A stretch of 64,000 nt of DNA from Candidatus Woesearchaeota archaeon. Its GTDB lineage: Archaea; Nanobdellota; Nanobdellia; Woesearchaeales; DSVV01. Shown piece after piece: positions 18,728 to 28,695 of the stretch; positions within the stretch are counted from its first letter, which is position 1, and every line of letters starts with the position of its first letter. Position numbers and translations under genes: made by a program. Location: assembly GCA_018661705.1 (NCBI GenBank), contig JABJHR010000015.1, forward strand, positions 3,525-67,524. The letters run 5' to 3'. The notes beneath the pieces were generated by a model. It had not been told where the DNA came from. It did no database searches and saw nothing but the letters and a program-made list of their open reading frames with translations.

Positions 18728-18836
18728 TTTTGTGCTTTTTCATGAGTGACATTGGCTTCGCCCTGGTGTTGAAAAGTATTACACTGCATGTTATGCTACA
18801 ACACTAGGTCCGTTAGGACATGTCACTCACTAAGAC
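18728..18836. repeat. Family B GC-rich intergenic repeat, copy B2 (between convergent genes)
   Basis: TTTGTGCTTTTtcatGAGTGACATTGGCTTCGCCCTGGTGTTGAAAAGTATTACACTG...AGGTCCGTTAGGACATGTCACTCAC. The terminal GAGTGACAT/ATGTCACTC 9-bp stem is specific to this copy. Confidence 0.5.
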
Positions 18837-18862
18837 TTTTTAATTTTTATCTTGGGTAAAAG

Positions 18863-20470
18863 TTATTCTACATAATAAATACTCTTTACTTCTTCATACT
18901 TTTTTTCAAATACAAGTTTATTATTAGGATTCTCTTTTATCTTACTAAATAGTTCTGGTTTTAATTTATCTCTACAATCATTATCAAAGCATACAAAAGG
19001 ACCTGGTATAAAGACAATTGCTGTTACTTGTTCTTTTAATTCAGATGTATCCTTCTTGCTTATCCATTTGTCATATATTGGACTAGCTTCTATTGTAGAA
19101 AAGTAATATGGTATCATTTTAATATCTGTGTAAGCAACATGTACTGGATCTGCTGTTAATATTACTCCTTCAAAATTGTCTGGGAAAAAGTTATAGTATT
19201 CGTCAACAATCACAGGTTTTTCTGCAGGAAATGAATTATATTTTTGATAATTCATATACATTGAACTTCCAAATGAATAGATTATGAAAATGATTAAAAG
19301 AGCGATAGGTAAGATCTTTAACCATGTTTGTTTAATTGTGATGTTGTGATTTGCTGTCTTTTTGTTTGTTTGTGAGAAAATTAATTCCAGAACTTGATTT
19401 AGGCCATAACCACTTAAAATTGCTAAAAAAGGAATAATTACTATTCCAAACCTTGCTTGTTTATTTACTATAATTGTTAAGTAACTATAAAACAAAATAA
19501 TAGACAAAACAATAATTATGAGCTTGTTGTAAGTTTTATTGATTGGTTTTTTTCTTATAATCTGCCAAATAGCAATAACAAAACCAAGCACACCTAAACA
19601 AAGCAAAAGATTATGCTGCAATAATGCAATTAAGTAAAAAAATAATCCTGTAATCTTACTCTCTACGGCGTGTACTAAATTTCCTCCATGGGAAAATGCA
19701 CTAATAAATGGGTATAGGGCAGAACCATACTTGTAATAATTAAAAATAAATAATACAATTATCAATGGCAAAAATCCACTCAGGAAATAGGTAAAATCTT
19801 TGATTAACCTTTTTATTCTTATTTTTAGTTGTTTAGGTTGTTTAAATTGTTCTTTACTTAGTAAAAACTCAAGGAGTAATGTGAGAAGGCAGATTAGAAC
19901 TATCAATCCTTGAGGGTAACGAAAGATAAATGCTAATGCCGCCCCTAAACCAGCCCAGAATAATTGTTTCTTAATAAAAAAGTATGTTGCTAATAATACG
20001 AAAAATGTTGAAGGGACTCCAGTCATTAATCTTAAGCTATTATAAAAAAATAATGGTGTGATGACGTAAATTACAATATTGATAGAAGCAATCTTTTTAT
20101 TGAAGATTTCTTTTGAAATTAGATAAACTAATGAGATTGTGCCTATACTAAACAACAACTCAATAACTCTGCCGGCAATTACTGGATTAAGACCCAGTTT
20201 CCATGCCCCTCCAAATAATAATGGAATCCCTAATGGTCTGATCTCTTCCCATAATCCCACTTGGCCAGAAGAGAAAAGATATTTACCAATTCCAATATAA
20301 ACAGCTTCATCCCACAATACAAAATGATACTTTAATATGAGATGTGAAACATAAGCTACTAAAAAAGTTAATACTATAACATAGAACCAATTAATGTTTT
20401 TGACTCTTTTCAAGATTTTCAAAAAGCCTTTATTCTTTGTTTTAACTAAATTCAACATTAATATCACCAA
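18863..20470 (-). CDS. Polytopic membrane glycosyltransferase, GT-C fold (PMT/ArnT/AglB-like)
   Basis: 535 aa with more than 10 TM helices in the N-terminal two-thirds and a soluble C-terminal domain. Architecture only; no catalytic motif was verified. Confidence 0.5.
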   Translation of the reverse strand: MVILMLNLVKTKNKGFLKILKRVKNINWFYVIVLTFLVAYVSHLILKYHFVLWDEAVYIGIGKYLFSSGQVGLWEEIRPLGIPLLFGGAWKLGLNPVIAGRVIELLFSIGTISLVYLISKEIFNKKIASINIVIYVITPLFFYNSLRLMTGVPSTFFVLLATYFFIKKQLFWAGLGAALAFIFRYPQGLIVLICLLTLLLEFLLSKEQFKQPKQLKIRIKRLIKDFTYFLSGFLPLIIVLFIFNYYKYGSALYPFISAFSHGGNLVHAVESKITGLFFYLIALLQHNLLLCLGVLGFVIAIWQIIRKKPINKTYNKLIIIVLSIILFYSYLTIIVNKQARFGIVIIPFLAILSGYGLNQVLELIFSQTNKKTANHNITIKQTWLKILPIALLIIFIIYSFGSSMYMNYQKYNSFPAEKPVIVDEYYNFFPDNFEGVILTADPVHVAYTDIKMIPYYFSTIEASPIYDKWISKKDTSELKEQVTAIVFIPGPFVCFDNDCRDKLKPELFSKIKENPNNKLVFEKKYEEVKSIYYVE

Positions 20471-22640
20471 AAGTAACTTGGTTAGGAAATTCTTTGAACA
20501 TTAAATAACCATATGGGTATGGGGCAGAATGAAATAAAATTGCGTTGTTTTGAATGGAGGTATTTAACCATGATTTAAGTTTATGATAATCATCAGAGTT
20601 AAAAATTCTTGTTGCAATTACATCTGCATTATTATCAATGGCAGCTTTAGTTAATCTCTCTGTTTGATTAAAATCATTTATTGTAATGTAAACAGGCTTT
20701 ATCTTAGTAATTTTAGATAATTCTGAGAAGTAATCAGCAGGGGTTTGATAATACCATAAAGCATAAGGTTTATTTGTAGAGTTTACAACAATAATTTTTT
20801 CATTAAGATTAATTTTTAATGGTTGACCACCAATAATCGCTTTTCCTCCCTTACCATTATCAGTTTCTATAATTTTCAGAGGTGGAGACATTAGCACGTT
20901 ATTTTTAGTTTTTGTGTCTTGATTTTTTAACATAAGATAACTAAATTTATCTGTAAAACATATAACCTTCTTATTTTTCTTAGCAAGATATGTTGCTGCT
21001 TTTATTTTTGCTGGATGATCACAACAACCAATAACAATGCTGGCATTTTTTCTAATAGCTTGTTCTACTAACATATTAATGCCGTGTGTATCAATTATTA
21101 TGGCAACATCTTTCCTTAAGAATCTGGTTGTTGGATAAAGAACTTTATCAAGAGGCACTTCAAATATAAATTCTCCTTTTTCATTCGGTGCAAACCATTT
21201 TCCTGCATTCTCCATAACTATTGTGCCTGTTGCAAGTTTATTTTCAACACCTGTTAATTTTAATTCTTTTATTCTTCCCCCTTCGTGCCATCCTATATCT
21301 TCTCTTAACTCTTCTTTATCATAAATTAGTTTCTCAGAAAATGTGGCAAGAATTTCTTTACTTGTTGGATTTTTAATTTCTAATCCTAACCAATCTCTTG
21401 TAACTCTATCAACTTGTGAAACAATTATGTCTTTATTTGTTATTTCTACCATGGTTTTTCCTAAGGCCATAGTGTTTGCTTTTTTTAATTCTTTTAATGG
21501 CGGTTTATCTGATAGGGTTTCTTCTGCTTGTGTTGCACTAAATTCAAAATTTGTTTTAAAGCTAATTGGTAATGGTTTGTTGTTTGCAAGTGCATGATCT
21601 ATCTCTGCCCTAATATTATTTCCTACTTTTTTCCAAGAATTAGAAGCTAATTCTAAAAACGCTTTTTTATTTCTACCACAACCAATGGCAACAGTTGTTT
21701 CATAAATAATTGCTTTTAACTCCTCATCTTGTGTTTCTAATGCTGCTTGATCATAATACTTTAATGAGTCACACATCATGCTAACATTTTCTGTTAACCT
21801 TCCTAACATAAATGTTAATTCTGCTATTGTTAAGGAATTATTTGAGTCAAGAGAATAATTAATTTTTGCTTCATCTAAAATCTTGTTTGTTTCTTCAATA
21901 TATTGTGTTTTATTTATGCCTATGCTTTGAAATAAATAATTGAAATCATAATCCTGCGCATATTTATCTGTTGTTGAGTTTCTAATTATCTCTTTTATAG
22001 TTGCGTTTATCTCTCCACCATATTTAAACTCCTCTATCTTAATGTCATTGATTATCATTGTTGGGGCAGTTGTAATGTTATGACTTTTAACAAGAGATGG
22101 AACTAACGGTTCATCTTCATAATCTTTGTCTAATGAAAGAACCACAACATTATCCTTGTATGATTGGCTAACATCATCTAAAACAAAACCTTGAGTAAGA
22201 CTTTCCCCATGATCTTTTTCATAGAAAAACATGATTGTTACATAATCAGCATCACAATCTCTATTTAATTTTTTGATTAAAGAGAAAAATTCTAATTCTA
22301 ACAAGAAGTAATGTCTTTTTAGATAATCAAAATCAATTGTTTTCATCATACTTCTTCCACCAAAACTATTTAATGCAATCCCTACTTTGTGTATGTCTGT
22401 TTTAAGATCAAAAAAACGTTGATTCATAACTGCACACTTATCTCCTCCAATAAATTCAATAAACTCTTGTTCAAGAAAATAGGCGGCTTTATCAACTTCA
22501 TGTGTTTCAATTTCTCTACTGATCTCATCCATCCTATAAAAGTCCAATACATAACTCATAAGAAGTCCAATTGTAAATATCAAAATAGTTAAAACTAAGC
22601 TTGTTACAAAAATCTTTTTTTTAACTTCGTTTGGTGTCAT
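20442..22640 (-). CDS. Membrane-anchored hypothetical protein (732 aa), N-terminal domain paralogous to the next gene
   Basis: A single N-terminal TM. Residues about 30-230 align with the 22666..23301 product (FFVEQELIGE / YFLEQEFIEF; NCDSEEHIVLFYYG / DCDADYVTIMFFYE; NITGPPAVVIDH / NITTAPTMIIND). Confidence 0.5.
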   Translation of the reverse strand: MTPNEVKKKIFVTSLVLTILIFTIGLLMSYVLDFYRMDEISREIETHEVDKAAYFLEQEFIEFIGGDKCAVMNQRFFDLKTDIHKVGIALNSFGGRSMMKTIDFDYLKRHYFLLELEFFSLIKKLNRDCDADYVTIMFFYEKDHGESLTQGFVLDDVSQSYKDNVVVLSLDKDYEDEPLVPSLVKSHNITTAPTMIINDIKIEEFKYGGEINATIKEIIRNSTTDKYAQDYDFNYLFQSIGINKTQYIEETNKILDEAKINYSLDSNNSLTIAELTFMLGRLTENVSMMCDSLKYYDQAALETQDEELKAIIYETTVAIGCGRNKKAFLELASNSWKKVGNNIRAEIDHALANNKPLPISFKTNFEFSATQAEETLSDKPPLKELKKANTMALGKTMVEITNKDIIVSQVDRVTRDWLGLEIKNPTSKEILATFSEKLIYDKEELREDIGWHEGGRIKELKLTGVENKLATGTIVMENAGKWFAPNEKGEFIFEVPLDKVLYPTTRFLRKDVAIIIDTHGINMLVEQAIRKNASIVIGCCDHPAKIKAATYLAKKNKKVICFTDKFSYLMLKNQDTKTKNNVLMSPPLKIIETDNGKGGKAIIGGQPLKINLNEKIIVVNSTNKPYALWYYQTPADYFSELSKITKIKPVYITINDFNQTERLTKAAIDNNADVIATRIFNSDDYHKLKSWLNTSIQNNAILFHSAPYPYGYLMFKEFPNQVTFGDINVEFS

Positions 22641-22665
22641 TTTTTATTTTCGTAATTCAATAAAT

Positions 22666-23301
22666 TTAACTAATGCTATTTACAATTTCTTCATAGCTAG
22701 TTAATTCATTGTTAACATTTGTGTGATCTATAACTACTGCTGGTGGACCTGTAATATTATAATAACCTTCTAAGAATGTTAACTCTTTTGTATAATTAAA
22801 TTCAATTGCAAACACATTTACATCATAATTTTTAACGACTTCATCAAGAATATGCCCTTGTTCTTTTGAATCTTTATTGTCCCGTCCATAGTAAAATAAA
22901 ACTATATGTTCTTCACTGTCACAATTTTCGCTAGATGATTGATATAACAAGTAAGTTCTTATTTGCATTAAATGAAACTTTTTTTTAAGTAAAGCAAAAT
23001 TCTCCTTTCCTAAACTTGATTCCGTATTTGGATTTGTTAATAATAACCCAATATCATAAAGCTCTGTAGATAATGCATTAATTCTTTCTTTTGCTAAACT
23101 GCAATCTAATGTCTCTCCAATAAGTTCTTGCTCAACAAAAAAGCTTTCTGTATTTAGTTCTAAATGTTTTATGAAACGTACTACTTCCTCTTGGTTTCTT
23201 GTTTCTAAATGTTTTCCCAGCAATATTCCCACAACAAACACTATTGCTAAGATTATGATAATTGTTAAAAACCTTTGTTGTTTGTATTTTTTTTGCATCA
23301 T
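22666..23301 (-). CDS. Membrane-anchored hypothetical protein, paralog of the N-terminal domain of the 732-aa neighbour
   Basis: 211 aa with an N-terminal TM. The colinear similarity is listed under 20442..22640. Confidence 0.5.
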   Translation of the reverse strand: MMQKKYKQQRFLTIIIILAIVFVVGILLGKHLETRNQEEVVRFIKHLELNTESFFVEQELIGETLDCSLAKERINALSTELYDIGLLLTNPNTESSLGKENFALLKKKFHLMQIRTYLLYQSSSENCDSEEHIVLFYYGRDNKDSKEQGHILDEVVKNYDVNVFAIEFNYTKELTFLEGYYNITGPPAVVIDHTNVNNELTSYEEIVNSIS

Positions 23302-23327
23302 TATATCACCTTTTTAATATCTTTGGA

Positions 23328-24560
23328 TCACCATTGTTTTTTTGTTTTTAGGACTTCCCCAAATAATGCACCTAACCAATGTAGGACAGTTAATATTGGC
23401 AGTATTACAAAAAAAGCCCAGATTGTAAATGGAAATTTAATTTTTTCTTTTACTTCTTTATGTGCAATGTAAAATATTAATATTCCTAAAAATAGTGCAA
23501 TTAAGATTGGTACCATAATTTTAATATTTTGACCAAGTAAAAATGATTTTGGACTAGTTAAACTAAATATGTGTGACCAAAAAAATCCTTTTATTAACAT
23601 GCTTCTTCTAATTATATGATAAACATTTATTATACTGCCATAACTAACAAAAGCAACACTTCCAACTAATAATAATATCCCCATTACATTTAATGGTAAT
23701 TGGAAGTATGCAAAAAACCCATACTTTTTGTTGAGAAACATTTTTCTATACTTTGTATGGCTTTCTACAAAACCTCTATACCATCTAACTCTTTGTCGCC
23801 ATAATGTCCAGAAACTAGCTGGAACAGAGGTATAAGTTAATGCACTTGTTTCAATATCAATGTCATAACCATAAAACTTTAATCTCATGGCTATTTCAAA
23901 GTCCTCTGTTAAACTTTTTTCATCAAATCCCCCTATTTTGCTTAATATTTTAGTTCTGTATACGCTTAATACACCAGGGGTTACGGAAAGAGTTTTGATA
24001 AAACCCATGAGTTTTCTTGTAATAACTGCTATAATATACTCCATTCTTTGTAATTTTTCATATAGGTTTTTAGGTTTATCAACCATAATAGAGCTAATTG
24101 TAGCACCCATGTTTTTATCTTCAAAATGTTTAACCATTCTCTTCAATGAATCTTCTTTTACATAAGAATCAGCATCAAGGCAAGCAAATAATTCTGTTTT
24201 GCATTTTGCAAGTGCTATGTTTAAAGCAGCTGCTTTTCCTTGATTTTTAGTATTAATTAATGTGAAATTATATTTCTTTTTTAGTGATTCAACTATTTTT
24301 CTTGTTTTATCAGTTGAACCATCATTAACAACTACTATTTTTAGTTTGTTCTTTGGATAATCTAAGTTAAAAGCAGAAATAATTGTTTTTTTAATTCCTT
24401 TTTCTTCATTGTATGCAGGAATTACAATTGTAACCTCTGGTGTTTCTTTCTTTTTAGGGTCTCTTGGTTCATATAAATGTAAAAAGCTAATCCACACTAT
24501 TGTTATGTACAAGCTAATGAAAACAATTATGGCAATTAAAATGCTTGTAATATTAATCAT
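23328..24560 (-). CDS. Processive GT2 glycosyltransferase (cellulose/chitin synthase-like)
   Basis: A TM N-terminus, GT-A motifs (VNDGSTD, LDADS) and the Q-x-x-R-W motif (RQRVRWYRGF), with C-terminal TM helices. Confidence 0.75.
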   Translation of the reverse strand: MINITSILIAIIVFISLYITIVWISFLHLYEPRDPKKKETPEVTIVIPAYNEEKGIKKTIISAFNLDYPKNKLKIVVVNDGSTDKTRKIVESLKKKYNFTLINTKNQGKAAALNIALAKCKTELFACLDADSYVKEDSLKRMVKHFEDKNMGATISSIMVDKPKNLYEKLQRMEYIIAVITRKLMGFIKTLSVTPGVLSVYRTKILSKIGGFDEKSLTEDFEIAMRLKFYGYDIDIETSALTYTSVPASFWTLWRQRVRWYRGFVESHTKYRKMFLNKKYGFFAYFQLPLNVMGILLLVGSVAFVSYGSIINVYHIIRRSMLIKGFFWSHIFSLTSPKSFLLGQNIKIMVPILIALFLGILIFYIAHKEVKEKIKFPFTIWAFFVILPILTVLHWLGALFGEVLKTKKQW

Positions 24561-24594
24561 GACTTAATCCTCTTTTTCTTGTTTTAATTTTGTA

Positions 24595-26061
24595 TTATTT
24601 TGTTTTTTCATATCTCCAAAGCTCTACATTTGGATTTACAAAAATTCTTTTAAACTTATTTGAATTTTCTAATAAAAATAACATGCCTTGTTCATCTTTT
24701 TCCCAAGTTAAACCATTTTTCATTTCTTTTGTGATTAAAATATAATTAATATTGTATCTTTGAAGTAATTCTTCAACTTTTTTTAAGGATCGTGATTGAA
24801 ATAATGTATCTACAAGACTTAAATAATAATCATAATCATCTATAAACTTACTTTTTGAGTCAATTAGAACTTTTCGTTCTGTATAGTATTTAACAATATT
24901 TCCATATGATGGATGTGTAAGAATAATTTCATCTTGAGGAACTTGTTTTCTTACATTAGATAATGCACTTATGAATTCAGCATTTGGTTCTAGCATAGCT
25001 GTTCTTTTAATAAATGAAACCCCTGAAAAAACAATGCCCAAAATAATAATCAACACAGTAATTTGTTTTATTAATTTAAGTTCCCATTTCATTTCAAACA
25101 AAAACAAGAAGCCAAGGCCTGCAAAGATCATAACTATGAAATTTAGATAGCTCACATATTGATGATATACAAATGAAAATACAAATAACAAGATTAGAAG
25201 CAAATAAACTAAAATGTATCTTCTAGTATATTTATCTTGCCAGGTTTTAATTATTCCAAATACACCAAGTATTAATGCAAAAATTCCAAAGCCTTGCGTG
25301 CTCCCTAAATCAGTGATGTATGTTTGTAATATATTTGAAGAAATTATTTGTGTTTTAATAAAACCAAATTTATAATAAACTGGTAGGTAATAATAAAGAG
25401 AAAGCAGTGTGGAAGCAGCCCCTAAAAGCAATGCATATTTCCATTTTTTATTCACATAGGTGTCATAACCTAAAATTAATACAACTCCAATTATTGTATG
25501 AATAATACCAAAAGATGATAATATCAGATAAGGTATTGCTGCAAGATATCTTAAATAATTAATTTTTCGGCTTGAAAATAAGTAAAATCCTAATAATTGT
25601 AGAAAAATAATAAAATAAGTTTGGTCTGGAATTAAAAACGTACGGAGGAATAATGGGGAAAGAATTAATATCATTAATATTGCAAATCTTTGAAAATAAA
25701 CAATTTTAAACCTTTTTAGAATCCTGTTAAATAAAAATACACTTAATAATCCTAATATCATTGCTAATATAAAACTAAGCCACCCTATTGAGACATATCC
25801 ATTTAGAAAACCTAACATTTTATGATATGGTGTGGTAATAACTGGCTTATAAGGAACAATTAAATTATCATGTGGAAGATCTGCAGTAAAAAACTCTTTA
25901 TTTTGTGTTGCAACATAAATATCATAATAACTTTCATCACCCGGTAATATTGGTGCATCTTGTATATATCTTGCAACAGTAGGTATTAATAATAAGATAA
26001 ATGTAACTATTAGGATGTGTGTGAGATAATTCTTTTGTTTTATGTATTTTTTTAATTCCAT
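24595..26061 (-). CDS. Polytopic membrane protein (GT-C-like, hypothetical)
   Basis: 488 aa with about 11 TM helices and a soluble C-terminal domain. It is tandem with a similar gene. Confidence 0.45.
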   Translation of the reverse strand: MELKKYIKQKNYLTHILIVTFILLLIPTVARYIQDAPILPGDESYYDIYVATQNKEFFTADLPHDNLIVPYKPVITTPYHKMLGFLNGYVSIGWLSFILAMILGLLSVFLFNRILKRFKIVYFQRFAILMILILSPLFLRTFLIPDQTYFIIFLQLLGFYLFSSRKINYLRYLAAIPYLILSSFGIIHTIIGVVLILGYDTYVNKKWKYALLLGAASTLLSLYYYLPVYYKFGFIKTQIISSNILQTYITDLGSTQGFGIFALILGVFGIIKTWQDKYTRRYILVYLLLILLFVFSFVYHQYVSYLNFIVMIFAGLGFLFLFEMKWELKLIKQITVLIIILGIVFSGVSFIKRTAMLEPNAEFISALSNVRKQVPQDEIILTHPSYGNIVKYYTERKVLIDSKSKFIDDYDYYLSLVDTLFQSRSLKKVEELLQRYNINYILITKEMKNGLTWEKDEQGMLFLLENSNKFKRIFVNPNVELWRYEKTK

Positions 26062-26070
26062 TTTTTGTAT

Positions 26071-27573
26071 TTAATTAATCATCATACTTTTTATAACTCT
26101 ACACTTGTTTCTGAATATTTGGACACTATTTACTTTATTGCTAACAAAACATTTATCACCCTCTACACTTAATTTTTTGATCTTGTGTTCTTGAGCATTT
26201 TCTGGAGTAAACACCATGTAATCTACATGATACTTATCTAAAATTTCATTTACTTTTATTTTGGAGATTGTTGTGAATAATACATCTAAATCTGATACTA
26301 CTTCATTTGCATTTTCTAAAAATAAGAAGTTAGAGTCTGCAAGATTTTTTCTTTCAGAAAAGTAAGTTACTGCATGTCCCTCTGATATTGAGGAGGCAAT
26401 TCTTGCATCTATTGGTGAGTTTTCTTTCAATTTATTAAGAGCTAAAATTAAATCTGGATTTGTTTGTTCTTGAATAGTTGTTTTTGCAAGCATGATTGAA
26501 GGAACAATGGATGTCGCAATGAATAAAATACATATTAATACAAACAAAGGTTTTTCTATGTATGCAAATCTTGTTGTTTTCAGATAATTATTCAAATGAT
26601 TGTAGGCAATTCCAAATAAAATTACAAGAATAACCCCTAAAAATATAAGTGCAAATTCTAATTTAATTAGTTTCATCCATAATAGGCAAGTTGTTGTTAA
26701 AGCAAAGCTAATAAGTAAATACACTTTTTTATTTTTCCTGTTGAAAAGATAATGATAAGTGATAAATAATCCCAGAACAAACGGAATTATACCAATTAAG
26801 TAAATTGCTTCCCAAATAGGGATCTGATGAAAATATGTTGTGAGGTATTTTGTTGGCATGTTTTGCCAGATAAAGCTAAATCCGTGTTTTAAAAAAGCTT
26901 TCTTGAACACTAACAAATACATCCAAAGCATGACAAATGCTGAAAATAATGTAGTTTCAATCTCAGATTGTTTTAATTTTAAATCTTCTATCTTAACTAA
27001 AACCAAATAAACAATAAGAGATAAAACAAGTAAGATAACTGATGTGTGTGTTAACATCAGAAAGATTATAGTAATTAAAAATAATTTTGTATTTGCACCT
27101 TTATCAATATTAATAAATAAATATAGTAATAACACACTCAATGGAACTGATATTGAGTAAAGGCTAATGGTATTTAATGTTTTATAGAAGTATATTGGAA
27201 TAAAAGCAGAGAAAACAGAAGTAAACAATGAAATATTTTCATTCTTAGTGATTTCTTTAACAAGTAAATAAACTACAAACACAATCGAGCTTGCAAATAA
27301 GTTAGGTAAAACTTTTGCAACAATTATTGGATTGAACAATGTAGTGAAAAATGCAAGGATGTAATGAAATAATGGCAAAAAAACATGTGTTCTACCACCA
27401 TAACTAAGATTATCTCCATACAATGGCACAAAAGTTTCTTTTATGTGCTCAATTTGCCTTAATGTAAAATAAGAGTAATCATCACTAAAATAGTCAGCTT
27501 GAAAGGCAAAAAATATTCTAATTCCTGCCACAATTATGAATATTGCTAATAAAATACCCCACTCTTTCTTCAT
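26071..27573 (-). CDS. Polytopic membrane protein (GT-C-like, hypothetical)
   Basis: 500 aa with the same architecture as the upstream neighbour (TM bundle plus a C-terminal soluble domain of about 120 aa). Confidence 0.45.
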   Translation of the reverse strand: MKKEWGILLAIFIIVAGIRIFFAFQADYFSDDYSYFTLRQIEHIKETFVPLYGDNLSYGGRTHVFLPLFHYILAFFTTLFNPIIVAKVLPNLFASSIVFVVYLLVKEITKNENISLFTSVFSAFIPIYFYKTLNTISLYSISVPLSVLLLYLFINIDKGANTKLFLITIIFLMLTHTSVILLVLSLIVYLVLVKIEDLKLKQSEIETTLFSAFVMLWMYLLVFKKAFLKHGFSFIWQNMPTKYLTTYFHQIPIWEAIYLIGIIPFVLGLFITYHYLFNRKNKKVYLLISFALTTTCLLWMKLIKLEFALIFLGVILVILFGIAYNHLNNYLKTTRFAYIEKPLFVLICILFIATSIVPSIMLAKTTIQEQTNPDLILALNKLKENSPIDARIASSISEGHAVTYFSERKNLADSNFLFLENANEVVSDLDVLFTTISKIKVNEILDKYHVDYMVFTPENAQEHKIKKLSVEGDKCFVSNKVNSVQIFRNKCRVIKSMMIN

Positions 27574-27608
27574 AATTCCCTTAATGAGTATATTTATTTA
27601 TATATGTT

Positions 27609-28346
27609 TTGAATAAAAATAGTATGAAAAAGTATATATATCACGGGAAATTACACCTTACTATGGAAAATACAGAGGAAAGACTGAGTGTAGGGAGTTC
27701 ATTTATTGATGATTTCTTAAATGGCGGTTATGAGAAGGACATTATTACAACTATCTATGGTCCTGCAAGCAGTGGAAAAACAACTTTTTGTTTACTTGCA
27801 TGTATTTCTGCAGTAAAACAAGGTAAAAAAGTAATTTTTATAGATACTGAAGGAGGATTTTCAATTTCTAGATTTAAGCAACTTTGTGATGAAGAAGGTG
27901 TACTAGAAAATATCTTTATTCTAAAACCAACTAATTTTCAAGAACAAAATCAATCAATTACTAGGCTTAATAACATGATTAATGAACATGTTGGATTAAT
28001 AGTAGTGGATACAATTGGAATGCTATATAGGGTGGAGTATGGAAAAAAATCAAATATTAGGGATGTTAATAATTTGTTGAGCCAGCAAATTAATTTATTA
28101 ATTGAAATAACTAGAAAACATAACATTCCGGTATTATTAACAAATCAAGTGTATAGTGACTTTGAAATAAAGGATGCAGTTAAGATAGTTGGTGGCGATC
28201 TTATTAATTATGCTAGCAAATGCATGATTGAACTAAAAAAAGCAAAAGGTAGTGTAAGGGGAGCAGTCCTTAGAAAACATAGAAGTTTACCTGAAAAAAA
28301 TATTGCATTCAAGATTGTTGAAAAAGGATTTGAGATGGCAGATTAG
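27609..28346 (+). CDS. radB: RecA-superfamily ATPase, RadB/KaiC-like
   Basis: Walker A GPASSGKTTFCL, Walker B LIVVDTI, and a size of about 230 aa typical of archaeal RadB. The true start may be Met19 (MENTEERL). Confidence 0.7.
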   Translation: MNKNSMKKYIYHGKLHLTMENTEERLSVGSSFIDDFLNGGYEKDIITTIYGPASSGKTTFCLLACISAVKQGKKVIFIDTEGGFSISRFKQLCDEEGVLENIFILKPTNFQEQNQSITRLNNMINEHVGLIVVDTIGMLYRVEYGKKSNIRDVNNLLSQQINLLIEITRKHNIPVLLTNQVYSDFEIKDAVKIVGGDLINYASKCMIELKKAKGSVRGAVLRKHRSLPEKNIAFKIVEKGFEMAD

Positions 28347-28443
28347 ATTTTAATTTTAATTTTGTTTATGCTAATTTCTTAGGTATGTTTTGTAATTTTA
28401 TTGAATGTTTATTATTTGAAATAAAAAAATCCTAGTGAAAAAA

Positions 28444-28478
28444 AGCCTGGCGGCGAGTGTAGAAGAGTATTTTCATAA
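28444..28478. repeat. Family B-like fragment adjacent to repeat A2
   Basis: gcctggcggcgagtgtagaagagtattttcata resembles the B core GCCCTGGTGTAGAAGAATTATACA. Confidence 0.3.
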
Positions 28479-28488
28479 TTTTTTTAAT

Positions 28489-28571
28489 ACAAAAAACAAT
28501 AAAGGCCAGGCGAAGCGAAGCTGAGTAGGACTTTTGAAAAAAGTCCGTCTGTGCCATTATTGTTGTTTTTT
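28489..28571 (+). repeat. Family A GC-rich palindromic intergenic repeat, copy A2
   Basis: caaaaaacaataaa|GGCCAGGCGAAGCGAAGCTGAGTAGGACTTTTGaaaAAAGTCCGTCTGTGCC|attattgttgttttttg. Confidence 0.6.
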
Positions 28572-28695
28572 GTTATTCTACTGTATTCTGAAAATAAACA
28601 TTAGGTCCAAAGGACGTGTTTCCCGTGATTTTTTTCTTTCTAATTATAATAAAATCATCAAAACATTTAAATAACTAATAACAAATAAACAACTT

